A stretch of 64,000 bases of DNA, from NCBI GenBank assembly GCA_030704615.1, contig CM060733.1, positions 36,890,001 through 36,954,000 on the forward strand, in the 5' to 3' direction. The first letter of the stretch is position 1. Every line of letters starts with the position of its first letter. Of this stretch, positions 39,943 through 52,060 are shown piece after piece. Below the pieces are notes generated by a model. It was not told the DNA's origin and did no database searches. It worked only from the letters and a program-made list of their open reading frames with translations. This DNA comes from Takakia lepidozioides. Lineage: Eukaryota; Plantae; Bryophyta. A program made the position numbers and the translations under genes.

Positions 39943-40564
39943 GAACTCTTCCGAGTCTGCTGAGACTGTCTCCTGAGTCATAGTCGCAATGTCGTCTTGA
40001 CTCTGAGCGATTAAGTTGACCTCTGTATTTGTGCAGTGGACTGGGTTTGAAGATTGAGTCTGCTGAGTGCTGAGTCTGCTGAGTGGTCGGTCTGCTGAGT
40101 GTCAGTCTGTTGAGTCTGCCCATCATGATTGTGCAATGACGCCATGTTGTTTGATACCATTGCAGGGGGCACCGGAGTGTTTGTATCATCGACCTCCGCA
40201 AAGGCTGGATTGGCATGAGTCGTTAGGGAGGTAGTCCACTGGAGCCTGTCCATTTTGAGTCTGCTGTTGTGGATGAGTTTGCTTGAGACTTAATCTGTCC
40301 AGCAGTCTGCTGGAAGAGTTGCAGGGATGAGGTGGAAGTGTGGTGAGCAGACTTTTGGAGTGGGCAGCAGACTGACCAGCAGACTGGCTTACTGGCGCTC
40401 GCAGTCTGTTGACTGTGACGCTGTTGGGAGACTGTGCGTGAGTCCGTTGGGAGACTATGCTTGGGAGACTGTGTGGGAGTCAGTTGGGAGACTGGAGGAG
40501 TCCGTTGGGAGACTGTGCATTAGTCCATTGCGGGCTTGTATTTCAGAAAGGGACAATGCTAGCA

Positions 40565-40820
40565 GAGGAATTGCAGACTTATATTGTCTTTTTCGTGACA
40601 CCTACACGACGTGAAACCTTGTCTCTTTTCGAGGAATTGCAGACTTATATTGTCTTCTCCGTGACACCTACACGAGGTGAAACCTTGTCTCTTTTCGAGG
40701 AATTGCAGACTTATATTGTCTTCTCCGTGACACCTACACGACGTGAAACCTTGTCTCTTTTCGAGGCATTGCAGACTTATATTGTCTTCTTCGTGACATC
40801 TACACGACCTGAAACCTTGC
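40565..40820. repeat. 66-bp tandem repeat, ~4 copies
   Basis: gagg(a/c)attgcagacttatattgtc... starts at 40565, 40631, 40697 and 40763. Confidence 0.95.
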
Positions 40821-42756
40821 GAATTTTTGAGTATATATGTGCTGCAGGTGCAGGTGCAGACACCCTCTTGCTGGTTCTGTGCAAAACCTTAGGCCGGGTT
40901 TTCCAGGCCTCCACGAAATCTCGTCTCCTTTTCAGAGACATGTTGTTGTTGTCGTTCAGAGGACGGAAAGCCTTCGCTGCCGCAGGGTGCAACATTCCAA
41001 CCGCACTTTTCGTCACGATATCAACGAGCTGCCCTCTGCACATATGAAGAGCAGATCGGGCATGTGCCTCCAGGTATTTGTCATCACCTACAATGCGAAG
41101 TATGTCCACGAATTCTTGTTCCATTGAGGCTAAGACTTCCAGAGGTGCCTCGTCGTAGGGGAAGTCGTCCGGAGGATGTCTTTCCATGAACTGATTGGAT
41201 TCGTCGTTGCCGCCGGCACCATTGCCCAAGAGCAAGTTAGGTAATCCTCCATGAATGGTTCCCAGCGCCGTGCCACAAGCGCGCACGAGGAGGCCATCCT
41301 GCAGATCAGGGTGAAGCATCTTCAGGACATGGACCTGATGCTTGCATAAGTTTCCCTTCATTGCCCATGGGCACGTGCAACAACCCCAATCGCAATCAGG
41401 ATTGTAAACAATGTATGTTGTGCCGGGGTGGTTGCTGCTGAGAACGTAGGCTGGTTCACCAGGACCCAAGGGAAGAGTAACACTCTCAGCAGGAATGTCT
41501 CGTGCCGCAAGTATAGAACTGGATATGTACTTTTCGTGTTTGTCATTTCTTATGAACCCGTGGGTCTTCAAATGGATTGCGTACCAGTAGTGTGTTAGCA
41601 CACGGCCAGTGAGTTTCCATATAAGCTAGTCCACTCTACAACCACTCATCTTGCCTTTCCCCATGGCAAGTCTTGCCTTCAGATTTCCATGGTATGCCTC
41701 AATGCTTGCGTTTGTGTCTTGGCTCGCATGAGGGACATGGCGGGCTGCTGTACACCACATTGCTATTTTGGGCTTCTAGTACTGTTCGATATAGACAAGA
41801 AATTCATGTCTTTTCGGGTATTTTGACCTCATACGACGGATTCTCCTTGCAACCCACTAAAGCGCTCTTTTCTCGTTGCGTGGTCCCCCTCTACAGTACA
41901 TGAGATCTCCCATATCCTTCAACAAGTTTACAGCGGTCACCGGATCCTTTGTTTTCTTGCATGATTGCTTCACCCATGCCTTGCGGACATGCCGAAGGCA
42001 GAGGAAAATGAGTACTCCTTCAAAAACAATTCTGCACAACACACATGGTACACATTAGAGTCTTGGGATCGGACTGCAATGGTGGACTGCTGGAGTGGAC
42101 TGTAACATCGACCTGTATCAGTGGGCAGAGCCACTGGACTCGCCCAGTGGACAGTACAATGCCATGACGTTGATGTGTTGGAATAACCCCATTGGACTAC
42201 CCAGTGGACTTCCCCTAGCTAGGACTAGGGCAGCGGACTGCATCAGCGGACTGCATCAGCGGACTGCCCCATTGGACTGCCACAGCGGACTGCCGAGCGG
42301 ACTTGCCAGGGACTGCCGAGTGGACTTGGTAGCAGACGGCCGACCCCTGGGACTGCTGAGTGGACTTGGCAGCGGACTTGCCGGGGACTGCCAGCGGCCA
42401 GCGGACTGATGAGCGGACTTGACAGCGGATTACCAGTGGATTTGCCCAGCGAACTGCCATCGGGTTTTGCCACATGAGTCTGCCAGTGGACTGTAGCAAT
42501 GGACTGCTGCAGTGGACCTCGACATTGGACTGGTGCTGTGGACCAACAGACTCACCGAATAGCGTTGATTTCTGCTTCGGCATCGTCCACAATGAAGGCA
42601 ATGGGTCGCCAGCTCGGCAAATCTGCGAGGAGTGAATCACGCAAGGCTCTCATCCACAGAACCAGGTCTCTTGTCCGATTCCTCGCGGATAGGATATAGG
42701 CAACTGGTATACCGTTCAACCACTCGTCGAAGACCATCAACGTGTACAATGTGAAT
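40777..42756 (-). pseudogene. MULE transposase, 3' half (DDE core + SWIM zinc finger), inverted
   Basis: FTLYTLMVFDEWLNGIPVAY..FIVDDAEAEINAIR, LCLRHVRKAW and SWIM CTCPWAMKGNLCKH. Confidence 0.9.
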
Positions 42757-42781
42757 TGTTGGAATGCACAATGTAAGATGG

Positions 42782-45700
42782 TCAGAGCATGCAAATTCCA
42801 CTCAGTTCTGCACGAGAAGACTTCATAAGAGTGATGAGGTCTGCAGCGGTTCACAATAGGTCTGCCCCAACATGGTATCAAACACTCTACAGGCTGAACA
42901 ATTCATCAGACTGACAAGACTAACCACAACAGACAATGATGAAACCAGCAGCAGACTGACCAGCGTGCAGACTGACCACAACAGAGCGCAAAGCACTTAA
43001 CGACAAAGACAGACGAGGAGACTGAGCACAGTACTCACATGTGCTGCTCCAGGAAACGACCCACATCTTTGTCAATGTCCAAGGTCAGCTTGCGGTTCTT
43101 GTTCATAAAGACGCCAGACTTTTTCTTCGCCACTCTCTTGGTACTCGGACCCTCCTCGACCTCCTCAGCATGGTCCACGACAGAGCTTCTTGGCTTTGCC
43201 TCTCCCCTGGGAAGCAGAGACAGTTGTAGGCGGGCTGGATAGAGCAGACAAACGCAGCGCTGTCGCCCTACTTCGCAACAGAGGCTGGTCAGCAAGTTTG
43301 TTTACACTTGATGGACTTGCCTTTGCAGCTTCGTGGGTCGCATACGTAGAACTGACCCGCGCATCGGGGGGCGTGCTCACCCCCACACCTTTCTTGGTTG
43401 TCGATCCCACGTTTGCAGCATGGGTGAAAGATGTCATGTCCTCAGAAGTAGACAGTCTGCCGACGGAGGGACGAACATCCTGTGAGGATACCGAGCAAAA
43501 TGACGAATTAGCCTAATTTCACAATGTGCTAAAACATAAACAACAGTGCTGACAGAGGAAATGACACAACCTGCCCAAGGGGTGAGGGAGCAGACTCCAT
43601 GTAATCCAGCGCTATACCAGACGGTGTCTGCGCCACATGTGGTTCCTTGTCAGTGTGCCTGCCAGCATGTTCAGTCTGTTGCTCAATGTGGGCAGTCTGC
43701 TCGGCCGCCGGTTCTTCGTCAGTCCTTTCGTCTGTAAACTGTGCAGTCTGCTGGCAACTCTGCGGTTCAGTCTCTTCCTCAATGTGGGCAATGTGCTCGG
43801 TGGTAGGTTGGTCGTCAGTCCTTCCCTCTGTGAAGTGTGCAGTGTGCTGGTCAGTCCGTGCAGTCTGAACTGTGCAGTCAGAGCTGAGCTGTGCAGTCTG
43901 CCGCTCCGAGCCATCCTGGTCAGTCCTTCCATATGTGACCTGTGTAGTCTGCTGGTTAGTCTGCGGTTCAGTCTGCTCATCAATGAAGACAGTATGCTGC
44001 CCCGCCACAGGTTGCTCTGTAGTCCTTCCATATGTCCACTGTTCAGTGTGCTGGTCAATCTGGTGGACAGCCGGCTGGGTGTTCGGATCTCCATGGACTT
44101 GGGAAACATCAAGAACATGTATGGAAGACCCACCGGCAATTGCTTCCTCAGACTCTTCTGTAAGATCTATGATACGGTTTTGCGTTCCCAGATTGAGTTC
44201 GGTCATCACGTAAGACTCATCTATGGCTTTCGCCACTAAGCGCACGAAAACGGGACTAAGCTGGAAGGTCATAGAAGGCAGGCCACGGGGAGCTGGATAA
44301 GAATGCTTTACCGGTGACCTAATGACGTCGTCAGTGAATGTGCCTGGGGGAAAAGTGGACTCGGTCAAAACACTCATACTGGCAGATCCAAAAACATGTT
44401 GTTGGGAACTCAGCAGAAATTCGTCCATAGGGTCCCGGTGAGGCCAGTGCATCTTAGTCTGTTGCACAATCCAGGGAACAGACTGGCTGTTAGTCTCCTG
44501 GATAGTCTGCTCGGCCATCTGCTGAGTGTGCTGCATAGTCTGCTGAGGGGCAATCTGCTGGCTGGATTCGTCGGTCTGCTGTACAGTCTGCTGAGGGGAA
44601 ATCCGGTGGCCATATTTGCTGGTCTGCTGCACAGTCGGCTGAGGGGCAGTCTGTTGGCTGGTCTGTTCTCCGGTCTGCTGCAAAGTCTGCAAAGTTTGCT
44701 GCCCGCTCAGTACTGTTTGCACATACTGAGTATGTGTGTGCGGGGCAGTCTGCTGGGAGTGATCCGGCCTATTACCCGGGATGGTCTAGTGCACATGCTC
44801 GGTCTCCAGCACTTGGGCAGTCTGCCCACATGTGTCATGGGGAATATGTTGTTCGACATTCTTGTGGCCAGTCTACTGGACAGTCTCCCGAACTCCTTGT
44901 AAAGCCAGGACAAGGTCCCTTGCACCTCTGGCAAAAGAGTGGAAAGCAGCTTGCACTTGCTTGTCTCCTAGATCAACTCGCCCTGCAACACATGTTTATG
45001 CAAATGTGAACTTCTAAAAAAGTTGGCAAAAGAAATTGAGCTGAAACACGAAAATTGCCCATAACATTTTACCTTCCAAGAGATTTCCGAAGAGGCCAAT
45101 GTCCTTGATTTGCCGGCACAGGCATGCTCCATCGAGATGCGCAATGGCGCCGATGCGGTCTTTAGTTGGGATCCCACACCACAGGACTTTGAAGACATTG
45201 GGATTCTGCAAAACAATGTCAAATACTGCTCGCTCCATCACCAATGCAAACCAGTGCAATGCGTCATCCACCACAAACTTCTATGAATGGTCTGTTCCAT
45301 GGAGTAAGTCCATCCTCAAACTATGCAGATTCTTCATCAACTTGTTGTATGAGCGGAAATTGCCAAATTACATCCATCTGTGTTGTAGGAAGGAAGCTGC
45401 CATGCGCTCAAAGTCCTCCTCAGTCAATCCGAACAAGTGCTTTCTTCACACCCCAAAGGTTGGATGTGCCATAGGCATATGTCTGAGGTCTTCAGGCCGT
45501 GGGTCATCCATGAGAATTAGCTGCACAAGTAGGGGCAACGCATTTTGGTCGCTTGTGGCTTCAATGGCAACATCAGAGGCGGCTTCTAGAACATGGTTGG
45601 CTTCCTCAATAGAAAACTCCATGGAATAATGAAAGGGTACAAATGACCACCGGCGGTCCGCAACAATCCGGTGGAGCTCATTATGCCAATCCAAATGGGG

Positions 45701-47495
45701 ATTAATTTCTCCCACCCTAAGCCGGGGAAGTGTGAGGTCTTCAGCTCCGGGTCGAATTACTGGTGATGGCGATCGCCAAACTGCAAAAAAACGCCGTGCT
45801 ATGTGAGAGAAAGGCAGTCTGCTGGTCAGTCTGCTGGTCCGCAGTCTGCTGGATGACAGGACTTCCCATTGGCATGGGCTACATGATGGGCTCCTGGAGA
45901 GGAGTCTGCAGGATGACAGGCTGCTCGTTTCTAGTCTGTTCCATTGGAGTCTGCTGGATGACAGGCTGCTGAACGGGAGTCTGCTGGATGACGGCCTGTT
46001 GAATGGGAGTTTGCTGGATGGCAGACTCGGCTGTCCCAGACGCATTCCCCCCGACGCGTCTTGAATATGTAATGCCGCTATAGCAGCAGATGACCCAAGA
46101 TACTTCAATAATATGTACTCTCGCACGCGGTCCACTTCCGCACGCACTGCAGTCGCTTGTAAAAGAGCATCATTGCTAGGTATCCGCCAAGCCTGAATGG
46201 CCCTACGAATAGAAACACGTTCATCCTGGTACACGGCAGAGAACTTGGACGTCAGGAACATGGACGTGGACTCTATATTCACCTCATGCAGCGGACTAGA
46301 CTCACAGACCAGCAGACTGTAACGTGCGTACGTAGGGTGGAGGCAACTAGTAGACTATACCAGCGGACTGACAAACGGACTCAGTAAGTAATGCAGCGAT
46401 ATAAAATAGACTAACTGACGAGCGGAGTGAGCCAGCGGACTGAGGAGAGAACGCAGCGGACTGACCAGACTGAATAGACAACGTGACCCCCCGATGATGG
46501 ATTCAAACAGCACAGAGAACAGACTGGGCGGTCAGACTGACCATTACATCATCTACTTCATCATCGTCATCTTCATCTTCAGAGCTGTTCAACCAGTTCT
46601 GCTCCGCCTGTCGGATGAATGTGCATAGCAGACCTGATTGGGCAATTCTGTAGAAATAACGGAAGAAGTCTGGATCCCCAATTGGTGGGCACTCTGGTGG
46701 GAAAAGCCCAAAGTCAACGAGGCGCCTTGTGCCAGGGTAGACTGGCTCTTCAGTGCTCTGTTGAGTTTTTGGTTTTGACCCTAAACCGATGGCATGGGTC
46801 GCGATATTTGTGTGAGTCTGCTGCCGAGTCTGGTCAGGCAAGTCAATGTCCACTGGACTTGTCACCCCTTCCAGGCCCTGAGCAGACTCACTTTCAGTAT
46901 CAGTACTGATGGTGTGGGTCTGCCGCCCAAGACGGGGTTCAGTCTGTTGCGTGGATTTTGCCCTTGCCTCGCGAGCAGACCTTGCAGCCTTCTCTTTTTT
47001 TTGTTGGGCCCCATCACTCAGTTTACGTTTTCTGGGAGCGTCCGGCGTTCCCTGCACTTGCAAATCTTCCATTGACGGGCCACCACAATGGACGCCATAC
47101 CATGCGCGCACTTCGTCTAATTCCAAAGTGCGGGGGTCAAGCACTGATCCGCGCAAGCGCATTGTGGCCTCTTTGACAATCGACATTTCTTTTAGTATCG
47201 GCCAAGGCTTGAAATCCCGTGGAATCATTGCAACAGTCTCCTTGCAACCCGTGTCAACACAATGCCGATTTAGTTGGATTTTGTCCTTGATAACCTCTTT
47301 ACAGAAGGGACAGAAGAGCTTGTCCTTCTGCCAAATCCAGTTTTTGGGCTTCCGGGCGCGGAGGTCTACAAATGCTTCCACTATTTTATGATCAAACTCG
47401 TCTGGTGAGTACCAGTACCTTCGCTCCTTCTTTAGTCTGGTTTGGTGCACAAAATCCACCCAGTCCGCTCCACCCTTTTCACAAGCATCCTCCAT
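42782..47495 (-). pseudogene. Multi-exon MULE accessory gene: N-terminal zinc-finger-like region and Gln/Thr-rich repeats, originally ending in the Ulp1-like domain
   Basis: Successive minus-strand ORFs 46503-47495 (FCPFC..LNRHC..C), 45446-46282, 45014-45274, 43529-44722 (QQT repeats) and 43035-43437, several with GT-AG borders. Confidence 0.55.
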
Positions 47496-50039
47496 CGCTG
47501 CAGAATGAAACGAAGGTGCAAGGACAATGAGCGACAGATAGAAGTCCTATGAAAAGACTCACCCTAAGCAAGAAGAGGACACAGAATGGAATGGAAACAC
47601 CGCAGCAAGTGAGAACCTCACCGAGCCGATGAACTTCGAGTTGTTACGAAGGCAAGCGTGTTTGCGACGCTTCGCGGCTCACCGCGACTCTCCACACCTG
47701 GGGAAGAACGATCGCCTTTCGTTACGGTGATGGAAACACAAAGAGGAAAACAAAACAGTGCAAAACAGTGCGAAGAAACAGGCGCAAAGATAATGGAGTC
47801 GATCGCACAGGGAACATGAGAAGAAAGTAGAAGTAGAAGGGGGAAAGCGGGCATGGCACTGCCAACGTGGCGCAATTTCACAGGCGCCAACTATCCGCCG
47901 TCATCACATTGAATACGTCCACCAAACGATTGCATCGTACTAAATTCATCCACGGTCCTCGCAAGTGCAACAGACTCATTTCCCATCGGGCCGAGAGTCT
48001 ACCGGACCGCCAGTCCAGCGGACTATTCGCTTTGCTGAGGCGAAGCGGCTTCATATTGGAGGCACTTCCCTGCCAGCGGAATGAAGACAAAAGAGAGTAA
48101 GGGGAGAACAGGAAAGTCGAACACACCCATTGCGAACAGACTCGCGGCACAACAGACTGATGCATGCACAGTCCAACAGACTGATATCCATAGATGAGAA
48201 CTGTCCAGCAGACGGACGTTTCGCCAGACTGGCGGGAGAACAAGCCAAAAGACTGATCGGAGGGAAAATAAGAAGTCAAACAGACTTAGTGCAACAGACT
48301 TCCGACACAGCAGACGGACAAATTCACAAGTGCGACAGACTGATATCCCAACAGACGGACTTCCAGCAGACCGCCTCCAAACTGACTGTTATGCACGCGA
48401 TAAGGGGAATATCCGGAGCATTGACGGGCCAGCGGACCCACTGTGAACAGACTCGCGACACAACGGACCTCAAATATCCACGCGCATTTGCAGATGCAAT
48501 TGTCTCAGCCTGGTCCGTCTCCTGGCAAATGCGACAATATACCAATTCTGTACCTACTCCCGTCGTGGCTCAGACATCTGCATTCAACAGGTGCGTGTGG
48601 ATGTTTGAGGATCTTCCGACTGGATGGTGTTCCGTGACAACTCGAATTGCTTTTTTGTGCTGCCATCCCTTATATAATACCATGTGGATCCATCACAAAG
48701 CTGGGTTTCTCCAGATTCTCCACCCTTTTCCACAACTTATGCACGACGGATGCAAGCCGCTATACTTGGTCACATAAACAGTCCCATCGTCCGATACGAA
48801 ATCTGCAATACACGCCCCCATGTGCATACGCTTCCACCATTTTCTCGCCCGTGTTACCCATGGGTTCCTGTAACGAACTAAACTTGTGAAGGCTCTCATG
48901 AGGGATGCAGTACAAAGGGGCTAAACGTATCATGACGGATCACAAGCAGAGGACGTTATCGACGACAGATGTCCGCATTTTCCATATTTATGACATAGAA
49001 CCAAACCATAAAACGAAGGTTCCCGAAAGCACAACAAGAAGGCAAAACAAGAAGCATATGCACGATGGTGGCTGTAGTGCCGAGACAGTCTTCTCATGTT
49101 CAAGCACACGCTTCATCATCATCATGAACATCGCGCGCAAAAGAGGAACAGTCGCGTGCATGGAAACGCCTACCGCAACATCGGACAACAAACAGCCGTC
49201 AAAAGGGAGCGGCCGGGATTTGGTGGGAAGATCATTGCCATTTTTCGCAGCCCTAAAAATGGAGGGCTCAGATGGGTTATGGGAATGGACGGTGGCGATC
49301 CTGCGCCGTCAGCGGACTAGATGGCAGGGGACTGGTCAGCGGACTGGCCAGCACCGGACTGGCGGGCAGACTGGCGGACTGGCAAACTGCTGGGCAGCCG
49401 ACTGGCCAGCAGCGCACTGGCAGACTGGAGGGCAGCGGACTCATGGGCGGGGGACTAGCCACGCGGCGGACGGGGGCGCGGGTGCGGGCGCGGTTGCTGC
49501 AGCCGCGCCCGCGGCTGGGCGACCGCGCGCAATGGCGGGCGGGGCGGGTGGGGTGCTGGGGAGCAAGGCGTCCGTGCGCGGGGCCCACCGGCCACATCGC
49601 ACGTGCCCATTGAAGACCCTATTATCTTAAAATGAGAGGCCCTTTCCAGTGCCACTAGGGAGTCTGGAAGGCCAGTCAAGGAAGGGCAGCCAATTTTTTT
49701 ACTTTTTCTCTTGCTACATACTCAATCCAATGGCAAGTGTGGGCTAGAGATGTAGTTAAGTGCTTGGGCACTTAGGGGTCAGTCAAAGTCGGTCATCAGC
49801 ATTGTTTATCATTATAATTTGATATAAAAAAGAATGAAAACAAAAAAACAATGGATTGTTGTTATTTTCGGAAAAGTTGACGGCGGAGATGAACAACAAG
49901 AACAATAATCCTTAGTACCACAATTCTTCACTTGCTTGTTTTTAAAACATGACTTACCTCAATATCCTTTGACTTGGGACATAAGGCTTGGGGAGTTTTT
50001 TCCGCAGGTATTGGTAGGGGATTTTGACCCCTCATCGAC

Positions 50040-50452
50040 TCTAGTAGATTCCAGCCTTCCCTAATGCTCGAGGCTCGCCAAATCCCTGGCCCTCGCCTTG
50101 GATCAGGAGGAAGACCAGGACATCAAATTGGTGACACTAAAGAAAATTCCACCACACCTCGATTTCTTTATCACCCTACTCACCATTAGCCTTTTAAAGG
50201 CTAGTATTAAAAATCTTACTGATTTTGCCACTAGAGTACTTCTCATTTCTACTAATCTCTCACCGCTCTACTAATTTAGTTATGGTCCTATTTGGGGCCC
50301 CTCGAAGGAGCCCCCTAAATACTAACTAAAATAGTTACTAGATATGTATAGTAGTGAGGGGAGCACCCCCCTTATATAGGCTTGGGAGGCCGCGCTGGAG
50401 ACTTCCAGAAGACCCCTCTTTCTAGGTGTCCCTACAGCCCGTCCTACTCGAC
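50040..50452 (-). mobile_element. LTR-like fragment truncating PPR pseudogene copy 2
   Basis: The minus strand begins TGtcgagtagg at the PPR break and contains a TATATAA box. Confidence 0.35.
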
Positions 50453-52060
50453 AGCCATAGTGTTTGAACACTCCTTCCGTATCCTCAATGCTCCCACATT
50501 TGGCATACATGTCCACAAGGGTGTTGTTCAGAATCACATCTGGTACAATTCCAGCTTTGGTGATGTCACCATGGACCTCTCTCCGCTTTTCCAGAGCTCC
50601 CAGGCTTGCACACGTATTGCAAATACAAACAAAGGATGTGGTTGGGCTTCACTTCTTCGCGCAACATTTGCTCATAGGTGCCCAAAGCATTTCTACCACA
50701 CCCATGCTTGGTAAATTCTGCCAACATTATATTCCACGTGATCAAAGATGTTGAGACATTCTATTGAACACTTAGTGAGCATCCATGATGCTCCCGCACT
50801 TAACATACATGTTGACAAGGGTGATGAGTAGAAAAACATTTGGCGTGAATCCACGTAGGATAATGTGGTGTGTGCCTGCTTTACAGCCTCCAGACCATCC
50901 ATCTTGATGCACTTAAGCAAGAGACAGACATATGTATCTGAATCTGCTGAAATGTCTCATTGGTTTAAAGTCTGTAGAGCCTCTGTCAGTCTGCCTGCCG
51001 CACAAAGTATCTTCACATGCCCCAGAAGTGCAAGAAGAGGCATTGTGGACTCCTTCTCTTTATCCTCTTTCCGAAGCTGTGGTCATGGTTGAGGTGCTTG
51101 TATTATCAACTGTACCGTTGCAGTTGTTGCCTTTAGTTGACCATCTACCCTTGCAGGTTTCTGTAGCTATTGATCCACATGGAATCATAGGTAATCTGAA
51201 TTGCATCTGCTTCTCTCTGTAGTCCAACAGGCATTCACCTTTTGTCTCCATTGTCCTACCATTGACTGAGGTCGGAAAAGTGTTCATTCCAAAGCTTCTC
51301 CTCATCTCTATTATCTGTTTTTGGATACTTTCTTGCTGCCACATTGGCAGTAAATTGTCCAAGTCACTCCAAACCACCATAGATCCACCCAACGAGCTAA
51401 TTTACAGAATCCAATATGCATCTCAGGGCCGAGTCTGATGAGAGGGCAAAACAGGCGGAAATAGGTTGAAGAAGAAGGTGTGTCATGACCCATGAATACC
51501 ATCAACCCAAAATGACCTCTTGTGTGTGTTGTTTGTGTCCATAGTTAGGTAATGTCGGATCGGTCTGTGAGAACCACCACGGTGCAACTAAGCAGGCAGA
51601 GATTGAAACACGGCCTGGCAAGACCAAGCTGACTCTCGCAAGAACCTTATAAACATCAGGAAGAATACCAAATCATGGTACTAATAGGAGCCAATAGCCC
51701 ACATTGGACTCCAGCACTAGCCAACAATAATCCTGAAGTAGTTTCCCCGCTTACTGAACGAAGTGTTCTATACTCACCCTCCGACAATTATAAATCAATC
51801 CCTCTTGGTCTTGGCACACAAAGGGTTCTTTCAAGAACTCTGAAATATGCTCACTTTTTTTTCTGGGATTCTCACTGGAGAACGTTCTCCGATGCGCCGT
51901 TTGAAGAAATGCCCTCCGCACAGTTGAGCTCTTTTCAGCCCTTCTTACTTCATGGCTGTATATTATAGATCGCCTCGGCAAACCAAACCTATCTAAACCT
52001 GTTTTAAATGCCAGGCCTTATCAGCCTTTGTAGCCATTGCACGCGCGCTCTCTCTCCTTT
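50452..52060 (-). pseudogene. PLS-class PPR pseudogene with a degenerate PDF-like motif (copy 2)
   Basis: Near-identical to 3547-5160; encodes EEKLWNEHFSDLSQW*DNGDK and ILNNTLVDMYAKCGSIED. Confidence 0.8.

Larger units (their letters stand above)
36255..49640. mobile_element. Mutator-like element (MULE), ~13.4 kb, with TIRs and a degenerate 9-bp TSD
   Basis: A ~72-bp terminal inverted repeat gcctctcattttaagataatagggtcttcaatg..cacggacg is present at both ends. A further inverted block pairs 37090-37350 with 49245-49540. Flanks are ccttcctag (36246-36254) and cctttccag (49641-49649), 7/9 identical. Confidence 0.9.

Noticed and set aside
40565-40820. Regularly spaced repeats as a CRISPR array
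   Set aside because: The units are contiguous tandem copies with no unique spacers, the context is eukaryotic, and there are no cas genes.
40457-41047. 196-aa plus-strand ORF with 22-aa repeats
   Set aside because: Antisense to the transposase tail; open because of the 66-bp repeat.
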